This document shows, in pieces, positions 1 to 7,814 of a stretch of DNA of 50,739 bases. Where the stretch lies: NCBI GenBank assembly GCA_039586365.1, contig JBDHKN010000044.1:1-50739 (forward strand), read 5' to 3'. Made by a program: the position numbers and the translations under genes. Numbering within the stretch: the stretch's first letter is position 1; every line of letters begins with the position of its first letter. The notes under the pieces are model-generated. The model made no database searches. It was not told where the DNA came from and was given only the letters and a program-made list of their open reading frames with translations. Source of the DNA: Gemmatimonadota bacterium. Its GTDB lineage: Bacteria; Gemmatimonadota; Gemmatimonadetes; Gemmatimonadales; GWC2-71-9.

Positions 1-28
1 ATAGTGGGTGGGCTGGGCGGACACCGCA

Positions 29-210
29 ACCTCCTCCCGACCTCCCAAGGGTGCAAAACAGCACCCTAGAGCGCCCAAGACGGCCGTATACCACAGCAAA
101 AGCAAACGGCTCAGTCGCTCAGGCCAACCCGTTCGTCAATCGTCAATCGTCAATCGTCAATCCCTAGCTCCGGAGGAGGGACTCGAACCCCCGACCCGAC
201 GGTTAACAGC
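29..210 (-). repeat. 182-bp direct repeat of 7676-7857: tRNA-Asn 3' half (168-210) plus ~140 bp of downstream arm; att-type junction
   Basis: Ungapped match to 7676-7857 with 7 mismatches by manual alignment, all outside the tRNA part. Identity stops just past the anticodon loop (GGTTAACAGC|GGCT vs GGTTAACAGC|CGTC). Confidence 0.95.
133..160. repeat. Heptamer tandem repeat (TCGTCAA)x4
   Basis: Four perfect units seen directly. The copy at 7780-7807 has three perfect units and one degenerate unit. Confidence 0.95.
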
Positions 211-291
211 GGCTCTTTCCGACTGCTAAGTCATTGAGACGCTGGTTGCTACGGACGTGGCAAAGGTCGCGGACCTCGGTACGACCTCCTG
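203..291. other. Putative att P-arm, Asn type: core TTAACAGCGGCT, IHF-like TAAGTCATTGAGA (227-239), GACCTC repeats at 272 and 283
   Basis: Same motif order and near-identical spacing as 4752-4841. The IHF-like site matches the consensus YAAnnnnTTGATW with one mismatch. Confidence 0.65.
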
Positions 292-294
292 ATT

Positions 295-328
295 CCTGCT
301 TTCGGTCGTGGAGCCTTGGTTCCGGAGG
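295..328 (-). pseudogene. Decayed tRNA-Arg(CCG) 3'-half copy (att remnant)
   Basis: GAGCCTTGGTTCCGGAGG (311-328) matches GACCTTTGGCTCCGGAGG (2563-2580) at 15/18. Weaker gapped similarity extends to CCTGC...TTCG. Followed by TGTTACAA, as is the 2538-2581 copy. Confidence 0.6.
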
Positions 329-403
329 AAGACGCTTGTTACAACACCGCTGTCAATTCGGGAGAAGAAACGGAATCCGAAAAATGCCGGTCGCACAAGA
401 AGG

Positions 404-431
404 TTGCACGCGCGCAGCCAAGTGACATCTT
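404..431 (+). promoter_or_regulatory. Putative sigma70 promoter TTGCAC-N16-CATCTT with extended -10 TG
   Basis: Motif seen directly. The GACATCTTAGCTG block recurs at 2655-2667, upstream of the next cargo gene. Confidence 0.5.
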
Positions 432-536
432 AGCTGGAAGCAGATTTCCGCCGGTGGACTTCCGGCTGCCGCCGCCGCAGTAGACGCCGCAGTAGGACGC
501 CCGCCCGACGACGAGACCGCGAGGCTGCTGACGCGG
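424..536 (+). repeat. Conserved promoter/5'-leader module, copy 1 (candidate cis-regulatory RNA)
   Basis: Roughly 80% identical to 2655-2770, including the exact blocks GACATCTTAGCTG, AGACGCCGCAG, GACGCCCGCCCGACGACGA and GACCGCGAG. Confidence 0.85.
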
Positions 537-587
537 CCGAAGTCGTAGCTTCGGTTATTGCACCGCAACTGAATTGCCGGAGGGGCC

Positions 588-2486
588 ATGCGCTTCCGCG
601 TTGATGCCAGGCTTGCCTGTCGTCACGTCACATTGATGATTGGCTCGCTGCTGCCATGGGCCATCAGTGTCCCGCCCCAGGCACTCGCCCAGCAGGCCGG
701 GGGCTCCCAACCGCAGTATGAAGTCCGCCTCGAGAAGAGCGTATTGATCCACACGCGGGACGGCACGCGCCTCTCGACCGATCTCTACTTCCCGATCGGT
801 GCACCACAGCCGCTGCCGGCGGTGGTTATCAGGACACCGTACGACAAGAACGGGTCGCGCGACCCTCCGTCGGTACCGTTCGAGCTCGCCAAGCTCGGGT
901 ACGTGGCGGCCGTCCAGGACATGCGGGGCCGCTTCGAGTCCGAGGGCCATTATGTCGTGGGGCGCGCCAACCGGGACGACGGGTACGACTTCCTCAGCTG
1001 GATCGCCGATCAACCGTGGTCCAATGGGAAGGTCGCCACCTACGGCTGTTCTTACCTGGGCGAAAGCCAGCTGCAGCTTGCGGCGACGCGCCATCCGAAC
1101 CATACGGCTGTCACCGCTGATGCAGCTGGTGGCGGGTACGATGGCACGTACCGCCCCTTCGTGCTGAGGTTTGGAGGGGCAATCGAGCTCGCTGCTGCAC
1201 TCGACTGGTTCTACCGCTTCGGACTCAAGACCTTCCACCGTCCTCCGTCCGATGTGCCCGACTCGGTATACCGTACGATGCTTCAAAGCGTAGAAACCCG
1301 ACCGCCACGCCCCGAGCTAGACCTAGACGAGGCGTTCTGGAAGCTCCCCGTCATCGGAATCCTCCAGGAGAACGGGATCACGCCCACCGACTATGAGGAC
1401 TTCGTTTCGCACATCCCAGGCGACCGGTATTTCAAGGGCCTCAACTACGTCGATGACAACGACCGGTTCGACGTCCCGGCGCTGCACGTGAACTCCTGGT
1501 ACGACAGTGGAGTGAAGGAGACCCTGACCGTATTCAACCTCATGAGCCAAAACGCGGTATCGGCACGCGGTGGGAACAATCAATTCGCGATCATCTCACC
1601 CACACTACACTGCCACACGGGGCTTGCGACGGAACACACCGTCGTCGGTGACCGGGACATGGGTGACGCACGGTTCCCCATCTACGGCATATACGTTCGA
1701 TGGTTCGACTATTGGCTCAAAGGGGTCGAAAACGGCGTCACGGAGATGCCGAAGGTGCAGTACTATCTGATGGGTGCCGGCGAGTGGCGTTCAGCGGATG
1801 CCTGGCCGCTACCCGGGACCGAGTTCACCGCATTCTATTTGCATAGCCGCGGCCGTGCGAACACGAGACGCGGCGACGGCGTTCTGAACACGAAGCCGCC
1901 TGGCGAGGAACCACCCGATCGGTTCACCTACGATCCCGCGCACCCAGTGCCGTCGGTCGGCGGGTCCATGTGGAACGTCCGTGCCGATGCCGTTCAAGGT
2001 GGCTCATTTGACCAATCAGCGGTCGAGTTGCGGCAAGACGTTCTGGTATATACATCGGCCCCGCTTGAGGATGGTGTCGAGGTCACTGGGCCGCTGGAGG
2101 CAATCCTCTACGTCTCGTCGGATGCCAAGGACACCGACTTCACGGTGAAGCTCTTGGACGTCCTTCCCGATGGAACGGCCTACAACGTCCAAGAAGGAAT
2201 CTTTCGCGCCCGGTTCCGAGAGGGTTTCGATCGAGTCGTCCTCATGGAGGAAGGGGAAGTGTATCGGCTACGGATCGACCTGCAGGCAACCGGCATGTGG
2301 TTCGGCACTGGGCACCGAATCCGGCTTGAGGTGTCGAGTAGCAGTTTCCCGCGGTTTGATCGCAATCTGAACACTGGGGGCAACAACTACGACGAGAGTG
2401 AGTGGGTGGTGGCCTACAATGCCGTGTATCACACTGAGGAGTATCCCTCGCACGTGATGCTGCCGGTCGTGAGGCAAACGCGGTAA
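588..2486 (+). CDS. Secreted CocE/NonD family hydrolase (peptidase S15-like alpha/beta hydrolase with PepX_C domain)
   Basis: RDGTRLSTDLY, IRTPY, QDMRGRFESEG, nucleophile GCSYLG and C-terminal FPRFDRNLNTGG. Signal peptide ending ALA-Q. GGAGG RBS. Confidence 0.93.
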   Translation: MRFRVDARLACRHVTLMIGSLLPWAISVPPQALAQQAGGSQPQYEVRLEKSVLIHTRDGTRLSTDLYFPIGAPQPLPAVVIRTPYDKNGSRDPPSVPFELAKLGYVAAVQDMRGRFESEGHYVVGRANRDDGYDFLSWIADQPWSNGKVATYGCSYLGESQLQLAATRHPNHTAVTADAAGGGYDGTYRPFVLRFGGAIELAAALDWFYRFGLKTFHRPPSDVPDSVYRTMLQSVETRPPRPELDLDEAFWKLPVIGILQENGITPTDYEDFVSHIPGDRYFKGLNYVDDNDRFDVPALHVNSWYDSGVKETLTVFNLMSQNAVSARGGNNQFAIISPTLHCHTGLATEHTVVGDRDMGDARFPIYGIYVRWFDYWLKGVENGVTEMPKVQYYLMGAGEWRSADAWPLPGTEFTAFYLHSRGRANTRRGDGVLNTKPPGEEPPDRFTYDPAHPVPSVGGSMWNVRADAVQGGSFDQSAVELRQDVLVYTSAPLEDGVEVTGPLEAILYVSSDAKDTDFTVKLLDVLPDGTAYNVQEGIFRARFREGFDRVVLMEEGEVYRLRIDLQATGMWFGTGHRIRLEVSSSSFPRFDRNLNTGGNNYDESEWVVAYNAVYHTEEYPSHVMLPVVRQTR

Positions 2487-2537
2487 CTCTTCGTCGTATG
2501 CCCCACTGGTTGGCAGGACTGGAGCTGCAGCTCTCGA

Positions 2538-2581
2538 TGCGCCTGCCGCGATTCGAACGCGGGACCTTTGGCTCCGGAGGC
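2538..2581 (-). pseudogene. tRNA-Arg(CCG) 3' half (att-site fragment)
   Basis: Minus strand GCCTCCGGAGCCAAAGGTCCCGCGTTCGAATCGCGGCAGGCGCA: anticodon loop CTCCGGA, perfect T-arm CCGCG-TTCGAAT-CGCGG, acceptor strand CAGGCGC plus A. No D-arm or 5' half. Confidence 0.85.
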
Positions 2582-2603
2582 TAATTGAGACGTCCGTGGG
2601 CGT

Positions 2604-2623
2604 TGTGACAAAGTCTGTTACAA
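2604..2623. other. Direct repeats TGTGACAA/TGTTACAA at 12-bp period (putative arm-type or regulator sites)
   Basis: Seen directly. TGTTACAA also occurs at 337-344 after the other Arg-type core. Confidence 0.5.
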
Positions 2624-2654
2624 TCGGACGAAGACACAGAACCCGTCCCAAAGC

Positions 2655-2770
2655 GACATCTTAGCTGCAGTCAGAATACCGTCGGTGGCCTCCCGGCCTC
2701 CGCCGCCCGACAGACGCCGCAGGATGACGCCCGCCCGACGACGAAGACCGCGAGACCGCCTTCATCGCGG
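2655..2770 (+). repeat. Conserved promoter/5'-leader module, copy 2
   Basis: Paralog of 424-536, at the equivalent position between the tRNA-Arg fragment and the cargo gene. Confidence 0.85.
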
Positions 2771-2803
2771 CTGAGTCACAGGCCGACTGGCGAAGGGCTG
2801 ACT

Positions 2804-4660
2804 GTGGGTACAAGACAAGACTCGTGGCGGCTGCGTCGTCATCCACGCATCCTAGCGACTGTCCTATCCGTCCTTGCGGCAGTTCCTGCAGTAAGATCGC
2901 AGGAGTTCCCGCAGGAAGCTCTGCAGCATCGCAGGGTTGCCGGTCTTCGAGACCTGACTGGTTCGGTCTCCCGAGACGGGCGCTACTACGCCTTCACCAA
3001 TTGGCAGAGCAGTCAACTCGGCATCAAGGACCTCGGCTCTGGGGAAGACCGCTACATCGTGAGCCCGGTGTCAGAGCAGGAGTACCCCTACGCACCGAAG
3101 TTTGCGCCCGACGGGAGACGGATCGCCTACGTGTGGAGCAACGCGGACGGATCCAGCGAGCTGCGTGTGGTCAATGTGGACGGCTCTGGAGTTCGCACCA
3201 TCTATCGCGAATGGGTTCAGCCTCACGACTGGTCCCCAGATGGCTCCCACATCCTCACGAACGTCACTGGATCGGCGGCTTTGATCTCAGTCTCGGACGG
3301 ATCCGTCACTGAGCTGAAGGTCCTCGACTGGCGCTCTCCACTGGAGATGCGGTTCTCGCCTGACGGGCGCTACATCGCCTATGACGCGCTAGTTGAGGAG
3401 GACTCACCGCGCCGAGACATCTTCTTGCTCGCCGTCGAGACGAGGAAAGAAACCGCGCTCGTCGGGGATCCGGCGATCGATCGCGTCCTGGACTGGACGC
3501 CCGATGGTACGCGGCTCCTGTTCGACAGCGACCGAGGCATGGAACCGGGATCCGGTCGACGCGCCTGGTTGGTAGAAGCGGCTGATGGGGTGGCAGCCGG
3601 AGCGCCCACGTTGGTGACGCCAGAGCTCCGGGTGACGCGGGGATTGGGTTTCGACAGGGACGGATCCTACTACTACTGTTGCGGTCCGGCACCGGACCAG
3701 CCGAGGGGCGGGCTCTACCTCGCGGACTTCGACCCGACAACGGGTGAGCTTGAGGCCCCTCGGCTAACTGCAGGTGGCATTGGAGGGGCCGTAGACTGGT
3801 CACCAGACGGACGCTACTTGGCGTACGCGTACCACTCCTACCCGTTTCCGTCAACGCTTGGAATCCGCGCTGTGGAAAGTGGCGAGGAGCATCGAGTGCC
3901 CCTGACCCTCCGCCCGAATCAGCCGTTCGCGCTGCAGTGGTCACCGGACGGTGGGTGGCTGTTGGCACAAGCTCGTGATCACAGGGACCAGTGGGGTGTC
4001 TATCGGATCGATGCGAAGACGGGTCGGGCCGCTGCAGTCCTGCAGGAGCCCGGAGTGCGCTGGCCAGCCTGGCTGCACGATGGTCGAGTCGCCTACGTCT
4101 TGCCGGATGATAGCGATGACTCTCAGCGGATTTTCGTACGCGATCTCGGCACCAGTGAGGACCGCGATCTGTGCCGAGTGCCGGCACCTGCGCATCTCTC
4201 TCAATTGGCGGTTTCACCAGATGATCGGTGGTTGGCATTTCTCTGGTCGAATGTGCGCTCAGAGTGGGAAGAGCGAGGGGAGTGGGCGTTGAAGGTCGTC
4301 CCCATCGCAGGTGGTGCACCGCGCGACTTAGCCCGACTCTCCGTCCAGGGCCGGGACAGTCTGTCCTGGTATTTGAGACCCAGTGTGGCCTGGACGTCTG
4401 ATGCTCGGTATGTCCTCCACACGATCACTACGGTGGGGGAGGGTGGAGCCAAGACGGTGCTCTGGCGCATTCCTGCCGCAGGCGGAGAAGCGCACCCTGT
4501 TGACATTTCCTTGTCTGGGTTCGCCGTGTCCGGCATGAGCATGCATCCCAGCGGCCGTCAGATTGCCTTCACTGGGGTGTATCAGCGCGAGGTGTGGGAA
4601 ATCGCCGAGAGAGGTGAGGATATGTGGGTGCTGGAGAACTTCTTGCCGCCGCCGAAATGA
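2804..4660 (+). CDS. Secreted TolB-like beta-propeller protein (PD40 repeats)
   Basis: Many (W/F)SPDG-x-x-(I/L)AY repeats and an N-terminal signal peptide. Start codon (GTG) uncertain. Confidence 0.88.
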   Translation: MGTRQDSWRLRRHPRILATVLSVLAAVPAVRSQEFPQEALQHRRVAGLRDLTGSVSRDGRYYAFTNWQSSQLGIKDLGSGEDRYIVSPVSEQEYPYAPKFAPDGRRIAYVWSNADGSSELRVVNVDGSGVRTIYREWVQPHDWSPDGSHILTNVTGSAALISVSDGSVTELKVLDWRSPLEMRFSPDGRYIAYDALVEEDSPRRDIFLLAVETRKETALVGDPAIDRVLDWTPDGTRLLFDSDRGMEPGSGRRAWLVEAADGVAAGAPTLVTPELRVTRGLGFDRDGSYYYCCGPAPDQPRGGLYLADFDPTTGELEAPRLTAGGIGGAVDWSPDGRYLAYAYHSYPFPSTLGIRAVESGEEHRVPLTLRPNQPFALQWSPDGGWLLAQARDHRDQWGVYRIDAKTGRAAAVLQEPGVRWPAWLHDGRVAYVLPDDSDDSQRIFVRDLGTSEDRDLCRVPAPAHLSQLAVSPDDRWLAFLWSNVRSEWEERGEWALKVVPIAGGAPRDLARLSVQGRDSLSWYLRPSVAWTSDARYVLHTITTVGEGGAKTVLWRIPAAGGEAHPVDISLSGFAVSGMSMHPSGRQIAFTGVYQREVWEIAERGEDMWVLENFLPPPK

Positions 4661-4751
4661 CCAACAGCTGAGAGGAGTCTCTCCGTACCGAGCTTCAACC
4701 TCCGACCCGGTTTGAAGGACCAATCCGCTCACCCGTCGTGAGACGCGGTCA

Positions 4752-4841
4752 TTAACAGCGGCTATCTCTGCCTCGTCAACCTATTGCCGTGCCATCGGTT
4801 ATTAACCCCAGCGGTATCCCGGACCACCGGAAGACCTCCTG
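4752..4841. other. Second Asn-type att P-arm: TTAACAGCGGCT core, CAACCTATTG IHF-like site, GACCAC/GACCTC repeats
   Basis: Core to final GACCTCCTG spans 89 bp vs 88 bp in 203-291. IHF-like site offset is 25 vs 24. The 11-bp repeat period is kept. Confidence 0.6.
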
Positions 4842-4842
4842 T

Positions 4843-4935
4843 TCAGCACTTGGCCAAAGATGTTGCGCCGGGTGGTGAAACTGGGTAGAAGCGGTGGGCC
4901 AGGGCGATCTTGAGGCGGTCCAGGGCGTCAATCAT
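4843..4935 (-). pseudogene. Truncated N-terminus of a second Ser/Thr kinase paralog (MIDALDRLKIALAHRF..., 30 codons)
   Basis: Its ATG overlaps the end of the upstream kinase (ATGATTGA). The first 16 aa mirror MADILDRLKAALADRY, and TTGAGGCGGTCCAG is shared at the DNA level. Confidence 0.7.
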
Positions 4936-7582
4936 TCCCTTGCCCCACCCTCTCCTTCAACTCCTCGAACCAGTTGAGAACGACCCTGATCTGGTGTGGG
5001 GCTGCGTGCTCAACACTCTGGGTCATGACGAATCGCTGACCATCAGGCGCCACGTCGTAGGTCTGACTCCCGCTGGATGTGTACTCCACACCGTAGTCAC
5101 CCGATACCATCACTCGTGGTTCACCAGCAACGATCTCTCCGTCTGTCTGGACTCGGACTGACATGATGCTGGTACCTTGTCGGTAGAACAGCTCGGTTCC
5201 GTCAGCGGACCATGCCGGCTCACGTCCGCCGCTGCGGGAGATCGGCCATTTGCCTCCCGGACCCGGATAGGGCCGCACGTAGATCTCGTCCCGGCCACTC
5301 TCGTCGGACGTATAGGCGATCCAGCGACCGTCCGGTGAGAAGATAGGAGACCTCTCGTTGGCGCTGGTGGTAAGGAAGGGCTCAGCCTCAAAGGCCATAT
5401 CTTTCCTCTTCAGCATCCAGATGTCGCGCGCCGAGTCAGGTGTGATCTGGTAGAAAGCCAGCACCGAGCCATCCGGCGACCACGAGTGGGCAGAAACGGT
5501 ACGTGTGGAGTGAAACAAGAACTCCGGCTCGCCGCTCCCGTCGGCCGGCGTCCAATAGATACCGCGACCACCGGTGGCGAAAGCCACGCGCCGTCCGTCC
5601 GGGGCCCAGACAGGATCCGTCCCTCCAGCTGACGTGAGCCTGTTTCTGGTGCCCCGCTCGGAATCGTAGACCCAGATCTCGTTTGCCTCTTGAACGGCAA
5701 TGAACCGTCCATCTTGAGCGACGCGAGGATAGAAGTGACTGCCACGGTGGGCGGTCACCTGGCTTGTATGCCCTGCCCGATCCACCCACACCAGGGTGTT
5801 CTCGGTGGTCTCAGTCCCGCCCGGCATGTATACCATCGTGCCGGTGTTCGAAACTGCGGCGTAAGGGGTCGTGCCGAATGTGCCTGACCGGGTCCTGTGC
5901 ACGCCCCGCACCAGCGCGGTTGGAGATCCGAGGGCCTGCAATCTCCCCAAGTCGAAGCCCACGGCAGACAGCTCATTTCCCAGTGAGAACAACAGGTGCC
6001 CCGTGGGCAAATAGCGAGCGCCTGCCGCGCCCTCGATGCCGTCAACCCACTGTCGCACTCCCGTCTCGAGCGACACAACCGCAACGCGGAAGCCGCGAGA
6101 AGACCCGACCGTGAACAGCACGTTCTTGCCATCGGGCAACACTTGAGGCAATCCGTGACTCACCTCTCCACTATCGGCGGGCAGAGCGGTCAATGGCTCG
6201 GCGCTGCCGCCGTCTTCCGGCAATGTGTGGAGGCCCGTGCCGAGACCGCCAAAGACGATCGTGCCCGGCCCCCAAGACGCGCCGAGACTCACGTGCGGTG
6301 CATCTCCGATCGTAATTGGAGATCCTCCGGAGACGGCCACCTTCGCGATCGTCCGTGTAGCAGCGTACCCGATCCAGCGGCTGTCCGGCGAGATGAACGG
6401 CGTATGAGCACCTTCGGTACCGGGGAGTGGATGACTCTCGACCTCGTCGATCCGGCGTAGCAATAGCTGACTCACGTTACCGCGGCGAGCCGTATAAACG
6501 ATGAATGAGCCGTCCGGCGATATTGCGACTGGAGGAAAGCCTGCAACGGGCTCGAATTCCTCCGGAAAGTCGATATCGAAGCGAACGGGAAGTGACGGCG
6601 CGGTCGGTGCCGATCGCATGGCGGTCGCCATCACTGCGGCTGTTGCCAGCGCGGCGAGCGCAGGCCATAACAGCTTGGCGCCGAGTTGTCGCAGGGAGGT
6701 CTTTGCCGTGGCAGGTGCGATTGTTTCGGTGGTGGCGCCAACCGCTTGTTCGCACCGTACCAGTGCATCCACGACCTCAGCCGCGGTGGAGAAGCGGTCG
6801 GCTGGTAGTCGCGCCAGCGCCTTGTGAATGACACGAGCTAGTAGCGGCGGTGCCGTATCCCTGAGAGTCCTGACGTCAGGAGGTCGTTCGGTCAGTACCT
6901 TCGCCATGATGGCTTGCACAGTCGGGCCCGTGTGAGGCGTCACGCCTGCCAGCATCTCGAACATGACGCAGCCGAGCGAGTAGATGTCGCTCCTACCGTC
7001 GATCTCCGACTCACCGGATGCTTGTTCCGGACTCATGTACTGCGGAGTGCCCAACGACAGGCCGGTCTCGGTCAGGCGCTCGGAGCCAGCAGCTGTCACC
7101 GCTCGAGCGATTCCGAAATCCGCCACCACAGCCTCGTCACCCGAGAGGAGTATGTTCTCGGGCTTGATGTCGCGGTGCACGACACCGTGTTCGTGGGCGT
7201 AGCTCAGAGCCAGCGCCACCTCGCGTGCTATGCGCACTGCACTCTCAACGGGGAGTTGTTTCTCGCGGCGCAGCCGGTCCCGCAGGGACTCTCCTTCCAC
7301 GAACGGCATCACGTAGTAGAGGAACTGGTCTACTTTGCCGGAATCGTGTAGGGGGAGTATGTGCGGGTTCGTGAGACCGGCCGCGATCTCTATCTCTCTC
7401 AGAAACCGATCGGCACCGATTACCGCTGCGAGCTCGGGACGGAGCAGTTTGAGCGCTACCCTGCGATGGTGTTTGAGGTCCTCGGCGAGATACACCGTGG
7501 CCATCCCACCGGAACCAAGCTCTCGCTCGATAATGTAGCGGTCAGCCAGTGCAGCTTTGAGGCGGTCCAGAATGTCGGCCAT
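4928..7582 (-). CDS. Hanks-type Ser/Thr protein kinase with TM helix and C-terminal TolB-like (PD40) propeller
   Basis: GSGGMATV, VALK, HRDIKPEN, DFG, GTPQYMSPE; hydrophobic segment around aa 303-320; SPDG repeats. Confidence 0.95.
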   Translation of the reverse strand: MADILDRLKAALADRYIIERELGSGGMATVYLAEDLKHHRRVALKLLRPELAAVIGADRFLREIEIAAGLTNPHILPLHDSGKVDQFLYYVMPFVEGESLRDRLRREKQLPVESAVRIAREVALALSYAHEHGVVHRDIKPENILLSGDEAVVADFGIARAVTAAGSERLTETGLSLGTPQYMSPEQASGESEIDGRSDIYSLGCVMFEMLAGVTPHTGPTVQAIMAKVLTERPPDVRTLRDTAPPLLARVIHKALARLPADRFSTAAEVVDALVRCEQAVGATTETIAPATAKTSLRQLGAKLLWPALAALATAAVMATAMRSAPTAPSLPVRFDIDFPEEFEPVAGFPPVAISPDGSFIVYTARRGNVSQLLLRRIDEVESHPLPGTEGAHTPFISPDSRWIGYAATRTIAKVAVSGGSPITIGDAPHVSLGASWGPGTIVFGGLGTGLHTLPEDGGSAEPLTALPADSGEVSHGLPQVLPDGKNVLFTVGSSRGFRVAVVSLETGVRQWVDGIEGAAGARYLPTGHLLFSLGNELSAVGFDLGRLQALGSPTALVRGVHRTRSGTFGTTPYAAVSNTGTMVYMPGGTETTENTLVWVDRAGHTSQVTAHRGSHFYPRVAQDGRFIAVQEANEIWVYDSERGTRNRLTSAGGTDPVWAPDGRRVAFATGGRGIYWTPADGSGEPEFLFHSTRTVSAHSWSPDGSVLAFYQITPDSARDIWMLKRKDMAFEAEPFLTTSANERSPIFSPDGRWIAYTSDESGRDEIYVRPYPGPGGKWPISRSGGREPAWSADGTELFYRQGTSIMSVRVQTDGEIVAGEPRVMVSGDYGVEYTSSGSQTYDVAPDGQRFVMTQSVEHAAPHQIRVVLNWFEELKERVGQGND

Positions 7583-7663
7583 ACGGCGACTCCTCTGGGT
7601 CCCGCTCTAAGCTACGACCTGCGCCTGGAGAGGGCCAGATAGCAATGGGAGCGGGTTCGACGC

Positions 7664-7691
7664 GACCTCTCCAAGACCTCCTCCCGACCTC
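7664..7691. other. Three GACCTC direct repeats at 11-bp period (putative P' arm integrase-binding sites)
   Basis: GACCTC at 7664, 7675 and 7686. The same hexamer and period occur at 272/283, 28/39 and 4822/4833. Confidence 0.6.
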
Positions 7692-7744
7692 CCAAGGGTG
7701 CAAAACAGCACCCTAGAGCGCCCAAGACGGCCGCATAGCACAGT

Positions 7745-7781
7745 AAAAGCAAACGGGTCAGCCGCTCAGGCCAACCCGTTT
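7745..7781 (-). terminator. Rho-independent terminator of tRNA-Asn
   Basis: Minus strand AAACGGGTTGGCC-TGAGC-GGCTGACCCGTTT forms a 13-bp stem (two G-U pairs), followed by GCTTTT. Confidence 0.7.
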
Positions 7782-7814
7782 GTCGATCGTCAATCGTCAA
7801 TCGTCAATCCCTAG

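Noticed and set aside
133..160. Heptamer tract (and the decamer tract at 40391-40433) as a CRISPR array
   Set aside because: The units are contiguous and 7-10 bp long with no unique spacers, and there are no cas genes.
168..240. A second functional tRNA-Asn
   Set aside because: The 5' half (D-arm and acceptor 5' strand) is missing; it is an att fragment.
8..589. Short ORFs 8-229, 234-425 and 353-589 as genes or integrase remnants
   Set aside because: They translate repeat, tRNA and leader DNA (e.g. SIVNRQS from the heptamer) and show no recombinase motifs.
3306..4319. 337-aa antisense ORF inside the TolB-like gene
   Set aside because: It is an Arg/Pro-rich shadow ORF typical of high-GC DNA; the opposite strand has clear PD40 repeats.
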